Assembly (NCBI GenBank): GCA_964501845.1 | Contig: CAZCVS010000001.1 | Location: 207 to 64,206 of the forward strand | DNA length: 64,000 nt | Direction of reading: 5' to 3' | DNA from: an uncultured Iamiaceae bacterium | Lineage (GTDB): Bacteria; Actinomycetota; Acidimicrobiia; Acidimicrobiales; Iamiaceae | Shown here: piece by piece, positions 8,244-17,949 of the stretch | Position numbering within the stretch: position 1 is the first letter of the stretch | Layout: the number at the start of each line of letters is the position of its first letter | Notes under the pieces: model-generated | Seen by the model: only the letters and a program-made list of their open reading frames with translations | Databases searched by the model: none | What the model was told of the DNA's origin: nothing | Position numbers and translations under genes: made by a program

Positions 8244-10808
8244 ATGGCTGGAGGGGGCGAAGCGATCGTGGTCAGGCGGTGGGGTGGTTGGCTCATCGCC
8301 GACTCCCCCGGGACCGTCCCTGCCCCCGTCGCCCTCGAGGACCTGCTCGCCCGGTTGGACGGCCCACAGCCCGACTCGGCACGGCCGGCCGCGCCCGTCG
8401 AGCCCTCCCAGGTCATCGCTCCGGTGTGGGCGCTGGCGGGGGTCCTGGGATCCGACGGGTGGCACACCGAAGATCCCAGCGGCGAAGCGCTCGTGCTCGA
8501 CGCTGCCGACCTGCGGCTCCTGGACGGCCTCGTCGCGCCCGGCCCCGCCGATGCCCTCCTCGCGGCCACCGGCAGCGACCCGGAGGTCCTCGCCCGGCTC
8601 GTGGCGGCCGGCAAGGTCCGCACGCTTGCACCGCCCAGCGAGCCGGACGGACGTCCGCCGGAGGCGTTGGCGGCCCACGGCGACCGGAACCGTTCCCTGT
8701 CGACCACCGGCGACCCCCGCCACCCCGACGACGCGGACCGCCCCGGGCGCATCCCGGTCTACGCGCTCGTGCACGAACGCCACGGCGTGCCCCTCGGCCT
8801 CGGCATGGTCACGGCGGCGGCCCGAGCGCACGACGGTGGCCGCCTCACCGAGACGTTCGAGATCCGCCGTCCCGAACTGCTCGCCGGCATCCTCGACGAT
8901 GTCGAGCAGCGCACCGGTCCGGCCGTGCTCCTGGTCAGCGACGTCATCTGGACGATCGCCGACAACCTCCGAGCTGCGGCCGAGGTCGTCGAGCGGAACC
9001 CGGAGGTGATCGTGGTCCACGGAGGCCCGTCGGCACCCCGATACGAAGAGGACATGCGGCAGTTCCTCGCCGACCACGCGGACGTAGCGCACGTCGTGGT
9101 CCGGGGCGAGGGGGAGCGGACCCTCGGTGACCTGCTGGGCGCGCTGGGAGCGGCCGGCGGCCGGTGGGACGAGGTCGACCTGGCCGGCGTCGCGGGCATC
9201 GGGTTCAACGATCCGAAGACCGGGGCACTCGTCCGCACGGCCGACCGACCACGCGAGACCAACCTCGACGACCTCCCATCGCCGTACCTCACCGGCGAGT
9301 TCGACCACTTCACCATCGACCGCCACATCCAGCCGTTCGCACTGGAGACCAACCGGGGCTGCCCGTACGAGTGCGCCTTCTGCGACTGGGGGTCGGCGAC
9401 GAACTCCCGCCTCCGGTTCTTCGCGCCGGACCGCGTCGAGGCGGAGGTGGCCTGGCTGGCGGAGCGAGGGGCCTTCTCGGTCTTCGTGGCCGATGCCAAC
9501 TTCGGCCTCTCCAAGCGCGATGTCCAGACCGCTCGGCACCTCGCGGAGGCACGGATCCGGCTGGGCGCCTTCGAGCACGTCTTCTGGACGGCGGCCAAGA
9601 ACACCACGAAGCACCTCGTCGACATCCTGAACGTCTTCCGGTCGGGCGGGGTCATGACCGACCTGGCGATCGCTCTGCAGACGACCGACGAGCGGACCCT
9701 CGAGATCATCGGCCGGTCGAACATCTCCACCGATCGCCTGCTCGATCTCGCCCGCCTCCTGCGCCAGGCGGCGATGCCGGTCCGAGCCGAGCTGATGCTC
9801 GGTCTCCCGGGCCAGACCGTCGAGGCATTCGCTGCTGACCTCCAGTTGATGTTCGACGAGGAGATGGCGCCGTTGGTCTGGGAGACGCTGGTCCTTCCTA
9901 ACGCACCCATGAACGACCCGGACTACCGCGAACGGTGGTCCATTCGGGTCGACGATCGGGGCGTGGTGACGGAGACCTCCACTGCCGACGTCGATGATCG
10001 CCAGCGCATGCTGCTGCTGCGCCGGACCTTCCTCGCCACCGACGTGTACGGGACGATGCGGCACGTGATGCGCTGGCTCCAGCACGACCTCGGGATCCCG
10101 GCCCTCCAGGTCGTCGCAGACCTCTGCGATGCCGCCGCGCAGGAGCCCGAACGGAACTTGGCGGTGACTTGGCTGGTGGAGGGCTTCGACCTGCATCCGC
10201 TCCCACCTCAGGGGTGGCGGGCCTTCTACGAGGACATCCGCGCGTTCGTGGCCGATCGGTACGGCGTGGACCCGCAGGACTCGGCGCTGCGCTGCGTGCT
10301 CGAGGTCCAACGGGCCCTGATGCCCTGGCCGGGCCGGATCTACCCGGACACGATCGTGCTCGACCACGACTACGTCGACTACCACCTCGATGTGATGGCC
10401 CCGCTCTACGGTCGCCAGGACGGGCCGCGCCAGGTGGCGCCGCTCCGTTCCCGTCCACCCGGAGTCCTCGAGGTGCGCGGGGATCCGGCCGACCTGGGCC
10501 TCGGGGGAATGGACCTCGTCGGCCACCCCCGCCAGGAGTTCTCGCACGCCAGGTACAACTTCGTCTACACGACGGCCAACGAGCTGGACTCGCCACTCGT
10601 CCGGCTCCTCCCCGAGGTGCCCCGGCGCTTCGATCCCGCCCGGATCGAGGCGCTCGTCCTCGAGCGCATGGCCCGGGCGGGCGTCGAGCTCGAGATGACC
10701 GACGGCCCCGAGGGCGGGTGGAAGCCGAAGACAGACCCGGCACTCGACCTCGAGGACCGCCCGCCGACGCTCGTGGCGGCGACCATCCGGCGCAAGCACG
10801 CGTCCTGA
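8244..10808 (+). CDS. cobalamin-binding radical SAM protein with N- and C-terminal extensions
   Basis: HGGP, GEGE, LPSPY, ETNRGCPYECAFCDWG, DANFG and LGLPGQT motifs. Confidence 0.9.
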   Translation: MAGGGEAIVVRRWGGWLIADSPGTVPAPVALEDLLARLDGPQPDSARPAAPVEPSQVIAPVWALAGVLGSDGWHTEDPSGEALVLDAADLRLLDGLVAPGPADALLAATGSDPEVLARLVAAGKVRTLAPPSEPDGRPPEALAAHGDRNRSLSTTGDPRHPDDADRPGRIPVYALVHERHGVPLGLGMVTAAARAHDGGRLTETFEIRRPELLAGILDDVEQRTGPAVLLVSDVIWTIADNLRAAAEVVERNPEVIVVHGGPSAPRYEEDMRQFLADHADVAHVVVRGEGERTLGDLLGALGAAGGRWDEVDLAGVAGIGFNDPKTGALVRTADRPRETNLDDLPSPYLTGEFDHFTIDRHIQPFALETNRGCPYECAFCDWGSATNSRLRFFAPDRVEAEVAWLAERGAFSVFVADANFGLSKRDVQTARHLAEARIRLGAFEHVFWTAAKNTTKHLVDILNVFRSGGVMTDLAIALQTTDERTLEIIGRSNISTDRLLDLARLLRQAAMPVRAELMLGLPGQTVEAFAADLQLMFDEEMAPLVWETLVLPNAPMNDPDYRERWSIRVDDRGVVTETSTADVDDRQRMLLLRRTFLATDVYGTMRHVMRWLQHDLGIPALQVVADLCDAAAQEPERNLAVTWLVEGFDLHPLPPQGWRAFYEDIRAFVADRYGVDPQDSALRCVLEVQRALMPWPGRIYPDTIVLDHDYVDYHLDVMAPLYGRQDGPRQVAPLRSRPPGVLEVRGDPADLGLGGMDLVGHPRQEFSHARYNFVYTTANELDSPLVRLLPEVPRRFDPARIEALVLERMARAGVELEMTDGPEGGWKPKTDPALDLEDRPPTLVAATIRRKHAS

Positions 10809-10962
10809 GCAACCGCCCCGAGGATCACGGCCCGAGCGCAGCCGACCGGGCCGCGAGTCGCCTCAGGACGTCCGTCCAGACCGCTTCCTTCGCCCGGACC
10901 GTCCGTGTAGTCTCCCTGGCGAGGGGAGCCGGACCCGCCGGCCTCGTGCTTAGGAGAGTCAG

Positions 10963-11400
10963 ATGATTGCAGCTTCGAAGTCGCGGATCAGCGCCGAGGG
11001 CGTCGACATCCAGTTCCTGGTGGATGCCGTCGACACCGATGGGCAGGCCACGGCGTTCGTCACCGATGTCGACCCCGGCGGCAACACGCTTCCCGCCCAC
11101 AGCCACGACTGGGACGAGACGATGTACGTGACGGCCGGGACCCTCACCTTCGTCATCGATGGCAAGACCCGCGAGATCTCAGCCGGCGAAGCCGTCTTCC
11201 TCGCTCGCGGCAGCGTGCACAAGTACGAGAACCTGGGCACCGAGACCGCGAGCATGCTGATCGTCTCCACCCCCGGCCTGAACCACGAGAGCTACTTCTC
11301 CGAGGTGGCCGAGGTGCTCGCTGCCCCCGCCGGCCGCGAGCGCGATGACGCCGTCCGCTCCATCATGGACGAGTACGGCGTGGTGCCGGCCACGGCCTAG
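10963..11400 (+). CDS. cupin domain protein
   Basis: PAHSHDWDETMYVTAG...G...H cupin motif; GGAG RBS. Confidence 0.88.
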   Translation: MIAASKSRISAEGVDIQFLVDAVDTDGQATAFVTDVDPGGNTLPAHSHDWDETMYVTAGTLTFVIDGKTREISAGEAVFLARGSVHKYENLGTETASMLIVSTPGLNHESYFSEVAEVLAAPAGRERDDAVRSIMDEYGVVPATA

Positions 11401-11426
11401 CCGGCATCGACCTCCCCTTCTTCGAA

Positions 11427-11478
11427 ACGGGCTCCTCGAGGCTCGAGGGTGGAAACACCCTCGCCTCGAGGAGCCCGT
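11427..11478. terminator. strong hairpin between convergent genes (probable bidirectional terminator)
   Basis: acgggctcctcgagg-ct-cgagggtg GAAA caccctcg-cctcgaggagcccgt: 23-bp stem with a 2-nt bulge and a GAAA loop. Confidence 0.75.
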
Positions 11479-11548
11479 CGGCGTTTTCACGGCTCGTCCG
11501 GCAGGACCCGCAGGGCATCGGCGACCTGACCCGGCCGGTGGCGGCGGC

Positions 11549-12808
11549 TCACCGAGGGTCGACGGCACCGACCAGGATGCAGGCGTTCTGCCCGCCGAAT
11601 CCGAACGCGTTGATCATGGCGACCTTGGCGTCGATCGTCCGTGGTTCCCCGATCACGAGGTCGATCGTCACCTCGGGGTCCACGTCGGTGGTCCCGCGCA
11701 CCGGCTCGACCCGTCCGGTCCGCAGCACCTCGAGCGCGGCCAGCATGCTCATGGCCCCCGAGGACCCTCCGGTGTGGCCGATGTGGCCCTTGAGCGCCGT
11801 GACCGGAGGCGGAACGGGACAGTCGGCGAACACCCGCTCCAGCGCTCGCGCCTCGGCGAGGTCACCCTTGGGCGTCCCCGTGGCGTGCGCGAGCACGACG
11901 TCGACCTGCGCGGCGTCGATGCCGGCGTCGGCGAGGGCCAGGTCCATGGCGTGGGCCTGCCAGCGTCCGCTCGGCTCGGGCGATGAGGGGTGGAAGCCGT
12001 CGGAGCAGGACCCGACGCCGAGCACCCAGCCGAGCGGCTCCGCGCCACGGGCGTCGGCGTGCTCGGCGGTCTCGAGCACGAACCAGGCCGCACCTTCGCC
12101 GAAGACGATGCCCCGACGCGCCACGTCGAAGGGCAGCACCGCACGGGCGGGATCGAGCTCGGGCGTCTCCATCCCGAACACCCGGCCCGCGATGGAGAAC
12201 ACCGGCACGAACCCGTCGGCGTCGGCTACGGCCGCCGCGTCGCTCCCGCCGCACACGGCGACGTCGGCTCGGCCCAAGGCGAGGAGGTCCACGCCCGTTC
12301 CCAGGGCGTCGAGCGCCGATGCGCACGCGGTCGTCACCGTGCGGAGCGGTCCGTGCAGCTCACGGCGAATGGCGATCTGGGCTGCCGCCAGGTTGTTCTG
12401 CCCGGCGAGCATCGTCTTGGGCGGAATGCCGTCGATGCCCTCGGCATCGAAGCGGTGCTGACCGAGCATCATGCTGTGCAGCCCTCCTACCGCCGTGCCG
12501 TCGACCACCGCGGTGCGCAGCGGGTCCAGCGCGCCGGGTTGGTGGAGCCCCGCTCGCTCCAGGGCCTCCTCGGCGGCCACGATGGCGTACTGAGCACAAC
12601 GATCGGTGCTCGCCGTCACCCGCTCGCCCAGGACCGGCACCGGGTCGAAATCGTCCGGTACGGGAGCGGTCAGCAGCGGCAGTGGGGCGTGCACCGCCCA
12701 CGGCGCCTCCGTGATGCCGAGGGTGCCCTCGCGCCACCCGCGGAGGAAGCCATCCACCCCGATGCCGATCGGCGTCACGGCGCCCGCTCCGGTGATGGCG
12801 ACGAGCAC
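11549..12808 (-). CDS. beta-ketoacyl-ACP synthase (FabF-like)
   Basis: TACAS, AHATGT, KGHIGHT and NAFGFGGQN motifs, so the Cys-His-His triad is intact. Start is probably GTG 12808 (track gives TTG 12853). Confidence 0.9.
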   Translation of the reverse strand: MLVAITGAGAVTPIGIGVDGFLRGWREGTLGITEAPWAVHAPLPLLTAPVPDDFDPVPVLGERVTASTDRCAQYAIVAAEEALERAGLHQPGALDPLRTAVVDGTAVGGLHSMMLGQHRFDAEGIDGIPPKTMLAGQNNLAAAQIAIRRELHGPLRTVTTACASALDALGTGVDLLALGRADVAVCGGSDAAAVADADGFVPVFSIAGRVFGMETPELDPARAVLPFDVARRGIVFGEGAAWFVLETAEHADARGAEPLGWVLGVGSCSDGFHPSSPEPSGRWQAHAMDLALADAGIDAAQVDVVLAHATGTPKGDLAEARALERVFADCPVPPPVTALKGHIGHTGGSSGAMSMLAALEVLRTGRVEPVRGTTDVDPEVTIDLVIGEPRTIDAKVAMINAFGFGGQNACILVGAVDPR

Positions 12809-13050
12809 CTCAGCCCCGGTTCCGCGCACCGTGGAGGATGGCCATGTCGTCAAGGTAGATCATCGTTTCGAACGGGGGCGCATCGCCGAACCGACCGCGG
12901 GGACCGGTGCCGGTGGCCCTGGCGGCCTCGGAGGTGAGGTGCCGGGTACCATCGGCGGGCCGTCGTCGGACAGCTCGCCGGCGACCGCGCACCGGTGCCG
13001 AAGGCCACCAGACGTGGGTGATCGGGCTGCGAGAAGAGATGCAGCACGAG

Positions 13051-13839
13051 ATGCGCCGGATGCACCTATTCGAGTTCGAGGACCAGCCGTGGCTGCCGGG
13101 ATGGGTGCGCGACGCCCTGACCGAGCACCTCTCCCAGCTCTTCCGCTCGTCGGTGGTGGCGCCCCTGCACGTGGTGATGGCCGATCGCCTCGGGGCCGTG
13201 CTGGAGCGGGCAGGAACGACGCACCTCGTGGACCTGTGCTCGGGCGCGGGCGGTCCGCTCCCAGCGGTGCTGCCGTTGCTGGACGCGAGGTTGGGCCGGG
13301 CCGTCACCGCCACCCTCACCGACCGCTACCCCCATCACGGCCTGGCGAAGGCCGACGCCGATGATCCGGGGCGGCTGGAGGTAGCGCCTGGCCCGGTGGA
13401 CGCCCGTTCGGTCCCACCGGAGATGGACGGGGTGCGCACCGTGTTCAACGCGATCCACCACTTCCGACCCCCCGGGGTGGCGCAGGTCCTGCGCAGCGCC
13501 ACGGCCGGCGGTCGGCCGCTTGCCATCTTCGAGCCCTTCGAGCGCCGACCCCGGCTGGCCGCGCGGCTGGCGTTCGGTGGCCTCCGAGACGGATGGCGAC
13601 GGGCTCGCCAGTGCCAGGGTCCACGGCAGCGCACCGCCGCCCTCCATCTGCTCCTGCCGGTGGTGCTCGCCTGGGACGGGGCGGTGTCGGTGCTGCGGGG
13701 CTACGAGGCGAACGAGTTGCTCGCCATCGCGAACGACGCCGCCCCCGCGGTCGCGTGGCGCGCCGAGCGGGTGGCGCTGCCCTGGGGCGGCATGACGGTG
13801 CTCATCGGCGAACCGGACAACGGCGAGCAACCGCGCTGA
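13051..13839 (+). CDS. class I SAM-dependent methyltransferase-like protein
   Basis: HLFEFED, DLCSGAGGP, NAIHHF and WDGAVSVLR motifs. Confidence 0.72.
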   Translation: MRRMHLFEFEDQPWLPGWVRDALTEHLSQLFRSSVVAPLHVVMADRLGAVLERAGTTHLVDLCSGAGGPLPAVLPLLDARLGRAVTATLTDRYPHHGLAKADADDPGRLEVAPGPVDARSVPPEMDGVRTVFNAIHHFRPPGVAQVLRSATAGGRPLAIFEPFERRPRLAARLAFGGLRDGWRRARQCQGPRQRTAALHLLLPVVLAWDGAVSVLRGYEANELLAIANDAAPAVAWRAERVALPWGGMTVLIGEPDNGEQPR

Positions 13840-13958
13840 GCGCGACTCGGCGCGGCCAGCCCGCCATCGCGGCTTTTCCCAAGAACGCTACGGTCTTCCA
13901 TCCGGCACGACCCCGGTGGCGCTGAAGTCGCGTCGACCAGGATGAGGGATAGACACAC

Positions 13959-15710
13959 ATGAAGGACCACGTATCGATGCCGCACGGGTGGCACCGCGCT
14001 CGAGGGCGGACGGCGGGCGGGCGTCGCCTGCCCATCGTCGTCGCTGCGATCCTCGTGCTCGCCGCTGCGTGCACCGATTCCAGCCCCTCGCCGGAAGCAA
14101 GCGACGAACTGGTCACGAGCATCGAGGTCCACGCCACCCCGCACAGCGAGCACATCCCGATCGTCACCATCGACACCGCTGACTCGGCGACCGTCACCGT
14201 GACGGCGACGAGCGGCGACCACGAAATCGTCACGCCCGCCTCGAAGACCGGCAAGACCCACGAGGTGCCGATCCTCGGCCTGAGGACCGACCGCGACTAC
14301 GAACTCTCGGTCACCGCCGAGTCCGACGACGGGCACACGGAGCGGTCCGCCGCCACCGCCGACTACACCACCCCGCCCCTGCCCAAGGACTTCCCGGAGC
14401 TCAAGGTGACGAGCAAACCCGATCGGGTCTCGCCAGGCATCACCCTGATTCCCCTCATCTCCGGGGACTCGGCTGCGCTGCAGGACCCCGGGCCGGACGC
14501 GACGCGGTCCCCCCTTGCGACCGGCCGATTGATCGGCGTCGACGAGACCGGCGAGGTCGTCTGGTACTACGAGACGGACCTCCAGGTGATCAGCGTGGAG
14601 CCAACACCCAGCGGAACGCTCCTGTTGGGCATCGACGAGGGCTCCATCCTCAACCTCGACGCCTCGATGCGGGAGATCGACCTGCTCGGCAACACCCTCG
14701 GCGAGTGGAGCACCAAGATCGCGGACAGCAGCGGCAAGACCCTCCCCGATGAGCCACTGGGCCCGAAGCCGATCGTCTCGGTCGCCATGGATTCCATGCA
14801 CCACGATGTCCACGAGCTCCCGAACGGCAACCTCATCGGCCTGTCGACCGAGCTCATCGAGGTCGACGCGGCGACCGGCCGCGAGCTGTGCCCACTCGAC
14901 CCACCTACCTACCTCGTCGCCGATGTCGTCGTGGAGTTCGAGCGCGGCGGCGAGGTCGTCGGCGAGTGGCCGGTGGCACCCCTCTACGACCCGGTCGCAC
15001 GGCCCGGCAGCAGCATGTGCCCCGAGCCCCCCGACACGCGCTCCCCCGAGAGCTGGCAGTACCACGAGGTCGCAGACGAACGCGACTGGACCCACGCGAA
15101 CGCCATCACCCTCGACGAAGCCAACAACACGCTCATCGTGTCGCTGCGCGAGATCGACGCGGTGATCGGGCTGCGGTACCAAGAGGACGAGGACGGTGCC
15201 GCGGGCGAGCTCCTGTGGGAGCTGGGGCCCGACGGCGACCTCGAGATGCAGGGCGACGGCCTGTTCTCGTACCACCAGCACGGACCGGACATCCGCGACG
15301 ACGGGACGCTGCTCGTCTACGACAACGGCAACCTGCGGCCCGGCACCACCGATGCCGGCGGCACGGAGCCGAGCTTCAGCCGGGCGGTGATCTACAAGAT
15401 CGACCCCGGCGCCGGCACGGTCAGCCAGGTGTGGGAGCACCGAGACGAGAACCCTTGGGGCGGGCCGATGTTCGTACCGTTCCTGGGCGACGCCGACTCC
15501 CTCGAGAACGGCAACGTGCTCATCGCCCACGGCGTGTTCGCTGACCCGGACAGGCGACCCTACGCTCGGGTCCTCGAGGTCGTTCCCGACATCGACGGTG
15601 GCGGAGCAGGCAACGAGGTCGTCCTCGACATCCTCGTGGGGCGCCCGGAGGGTGCAGGCTGGGTGGCGTACCACGCCGCGAAGCTGCCCTCCCTCTATCC
15701 CGGGTCGTGA
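13959..15710 (+). CDS. aryl-sulfate sulfotransferase (ASST family) lipoprotein
   Basis: Lipobox LVLAAAC; HHDV..LPNGN, DWTHANAI, YHQH, YDNG and SRAVIY motifs. Confidence 0.88.
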   Translation: MKDHVSMPHGWHRARGRTAGGRRLPIVVAAILVLAAACTDSSPSPEASDELVTSIEVHATPHSEHIPIVTIDTADSATVTVTATSGDHEIVTPASKTGKTHEVPILGLRTDRDYELSVTAESDDGHTERSAATADYTTPPLPKDFPELKVTSKPDRVSPGITLIPLISGDSAALQDPGPDATRSPLATGRLIGVDETGEVVWYYETDLQVISVEPTPSGTLLLGIDEGSILNLDASMREIDLLGNTLGEWSTKIADSSGKTLPDEPLGPKPIVSVAMDSMHHDVHELPNGNLIGLSTELIEVDAATGRELCPLDPPTYLVADVVVEFERGGEVVGEWPVAPLYDPVARPGSSMCPEPPDTRSPESWQYHEVADERDWTHANAITLDEANNTLIVSLREIDAVIGLRYQEDEDGAAGELLWELGPDGDLEMQGDGLFSYHQHGPDIRDDGTLLVYDNGNLRPGTTDAGGTEPSFSRAVIYKIDPGAGTVSQVWEHRDENPWGGPMFVPFLGDADSLENGNVLIAHGVFADPDRRPYARVLEVVPDIDGGGAGNEVVLDILVGRPEGAGWVAYHAAKLPSLYPGS

Positions 15711-15821
15711 CCTGACAGCGGCGGCCGCTCCCCTCGACCCGAGCCTGAGCCGCAGGTGCCCGCGGCCGACCGTGACCCTTGCGGACCCGGCACGCCAGGG
15801 GTCCGACGCCAGCTTCGGGTC

Positions 15822-17177
15822 TCAGCGCGGGGTGACGTGGAGCGGCGCGCCGCCCTCTGGACGCGAGCGGCGGGTCGCCGGGGGAACGACCGTGCCAACG
15901 GGTGCGAGGTGGAGCCGTTGGGCGAGCCGGGCGACGATGAGCGTGAGCTCGATCTGCGCGAGGGCGAAGCCGATGCAGTTGCGGGCACCGCCTCCGAAGG
16001 GCACCCATGCAGACTTGGCGTAGGCGGACTGTTCGGGGGTGGGGTCGAGGTGGCGGTCGGGGTCGAAGCGGAGCGGGTCGGGCCAGTACGCCGGGTCGCG
16101 TCCGGCGAGGTGGGTGGACCAGGCGATGAGCGTGTGGCGAGGAATGCGGTAGCCGCCGGCGTTGACGTCGACGACGGCCTCGCGCACGCCGAAGGCGCCC
16201 GGCGGGTGCAGGCGCAGCGACTCCCGCACGGTGCGGTCGACGAGGTCGAGCGCCGTGAGCGTCGTGTGATCGGGACCTCCTGCGGACCGGTCACCGACCT
16301 CGCCGAGCGCCGCATCGGCTTCGCTGGCGAGGCGGTCCCAGAGACCGGGAGTCGCTGCGGCTCGCAGGAGGACCCAGGCCAGGGCGGACGAGGTGGTGTC
16401 GTAGCCGGCGCCGATGAGGGTGACCATCTGATCGCGGATCTCGGCGTCGGTGAGCTCACCGGTGGTCACGAGGGTCTCGAGCACGTTGAGCTCGTCGCCG
16501 TCCGGGGCGGCCCGGATGCGGGCGATCTCCTCGTCGAGGATGGCGTCGAGGGCGCTCCGGTCCTGTCGGACCTGGTGGCGCCGCCCCAGGGGGAACGGGT
16601 GGGGCAGCTGTCTGATCGCAGGACCCTCGAGGAGATCCTGCACCCGCTGCAACCGGTCGCTGATCTCCTCGACACGGTGTGCGAGGCCTGGGCCGCCGAG
16701 CGCCCGGACGACGATGTCGAGCACCAAGGTGCGACCGACCGGGTACATGTCGACGGTCTGAGCGGGCTCCTCCAGCGAGGCGATGAGCCGGTCGATGCTG
16801 GCGTCGGTGGCATCGAGGATCATGGGGATCCACCCGTTGAGGCGCCGACGGGAGAATCCGGCCTGCACGGCGCGGCGTCGTCGGCGGTAGTCGGCGCCGT
16901 CAGAGGTGAGCATGGAGCCCTTGCCGACCCAGAGGGCCAAGACGTTGAACCGGTGGTTCCAGCGGAACGACTCGGTGGGCTCAGCGAAGAGATCGGCGAT
17001 GACCGCCGGGTCACCGATGATCGCGAGACGCGCCGGCCCGGCGCCGAGCCCCACGACCGGACCATGGCGCTCGTTGACCTCCTCGAGCACACGATGGGGC
17101 TGCGCGAAGAGGCGTCGCACGTAGCGGAGCTGGGCCGCAAGACTCGGGCGAGGAAGCGGCTGGGCGGAGGTCGTCAC
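15822..17177 (-). CDS. cytochrome P450
   Basis: AGYDTT, ESLR, FDPDR and FGGGARNCIG motifs. Confidence 0.95.
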   Translation of the reverse strand: MTTSAQPLPRPSLAAQLRYVRRLFAQPHRVLEEVNERHGPVVGLGAGPARLAIIGDPAVIADLFAEPTESFRWNHRFNVLALWVGKGSMLTSDGADYRRRRRAVQAGFSRRRLNGWIPMILDATDASIDRLIASLEEPAQTVDMYPVGRTLVLDIVVRALGGPGLAHRVEEISDRLQRVQDLLEGPAIRQLPHPFPLGRRHQVRQDRSALDAILDEEIARIRAAPDGDELNVLETLVTTGELTDAEIRDQMVTLIGAGYDTTSSALAWVLLRAAATPGLWDRLASEADAALGEVGDRSAGGPDHTTLTALDLVDRTVRESLRLHPPGAFGVREAVVDVNAGGYRIPRHTLIAWSTHLAGRDPAYWPDPLRFDPDRHLDPTPEQSAYAKSAWVPFGGGARNCIGFALAQIELTLIVARLAQRLHLAPVGTVVPPATRRSRPEGGAPLHVTPR

Positions 17178-17190
17178 CGGGTCAGATGGT

Positions 17191-17883
17191 TCAACGGGAG
17201 GGATCGAGCGGCCACAGCCTGCTCCGGACGGCGCGGTTGAACCACATCATCGCTCGATGGGTCCGGGGGCTGCGGCGAACGAAGTCGTAGAAGACGCCCT
17301 GGGCGAACCGATGGGCGTACGCTCGCCTCGGCATCGCGATGTCGGGATGCTCCATGTCGAGCGACAGCACCACCCGGTCGCGGTCGGAGTGGTTCCAGGT
17401 GCAGTGCATCCGCACGTCGTCGAACGCGAGCCACTCGCCCTCGACCCACCGGCGGGTGCCGTCGCCGACCTGCAGCCCGCAGTCGTCCGGCACGGTCAGA
17501 CCGAGGTGGAACCGCCCCACACCCATGGCTCGACCCTGATGGGGTGCGACCTCGGCCCCGGGGGCGAGACGGAGGTACTGCGCCGTCATCACCCGGCCGT
17601 CCCGGGTGACCAGCTCGCCCAGCAACGGAGCCTCGGCCATCGCATCGGGGTTGTCGATCCCGAAGTAGCGGACCGGCGAGAGGTACCAGCCGAACGGCGC
17701 GTAGTAGTTGTCCGGATGCTCCACCCATCCCGCACCCAGCCGCTCCGCCTCGGCGGCGAGCTCGCGCCACCGGGCCTGGAAGGGCTCGAGCACGTCGCGG
17801 CAGCAGTCGATGTCGAGGAAGCCGTCATCGACCATCGGCTGAGATCCTTCAGCGACGCGGTCTGCTGAGGGTAGGGAGGACAT
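17191..17883 (-). CDS. aspartyl/asparaginyl beta-hydroxylase domain protein (LpxO-like)
   Basis: PGAEVAPH, RFHLGL, WVEGE..FDD..H..WN...RVVL motifs. Confidence 0.87.
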   Translation of the reverse strand: MSSLPSADRVAEGSQPMVDDGFLDIDCCRDVLEPFQARWRELAAEAERLGAGWVEHPDNYYAPFGWYLSPVRYFGIDNPDAMAEAPLLGELVTRDGRVMTAQYLRLAPGAEVAPHQGRAMGVGRFHLGLTVPDDCGLQVGDGTRRWVEGEWLAFDDVRMHCTWNHSDRDRVVLSLDMEHPDIAMPRRAYAHRFAQGVFYDFVRRSPRTHRAMMWFNRAVRSRLWPLDPSR

Positions 17884-17949
17884 GTCGTACGGTCTTCCTG
17901 CTCGCCGGACGGCGGTGACGTTACCGCGTGCCGCCTCGGCAGCTCGTGC

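Noticed and set aside
8202..10799. Long antisense ORFs (this one, 4087-5808, 13701-15674, 56757-58952 and similar)
   Set aside because: They are shadow frames of well-supported genes in high-GC DNA and carry no recognisable motifs.
11549..12853. Type II PKS
   Set aside because: A single KAS with no chain-length factor, ACP or cyclases in the window.
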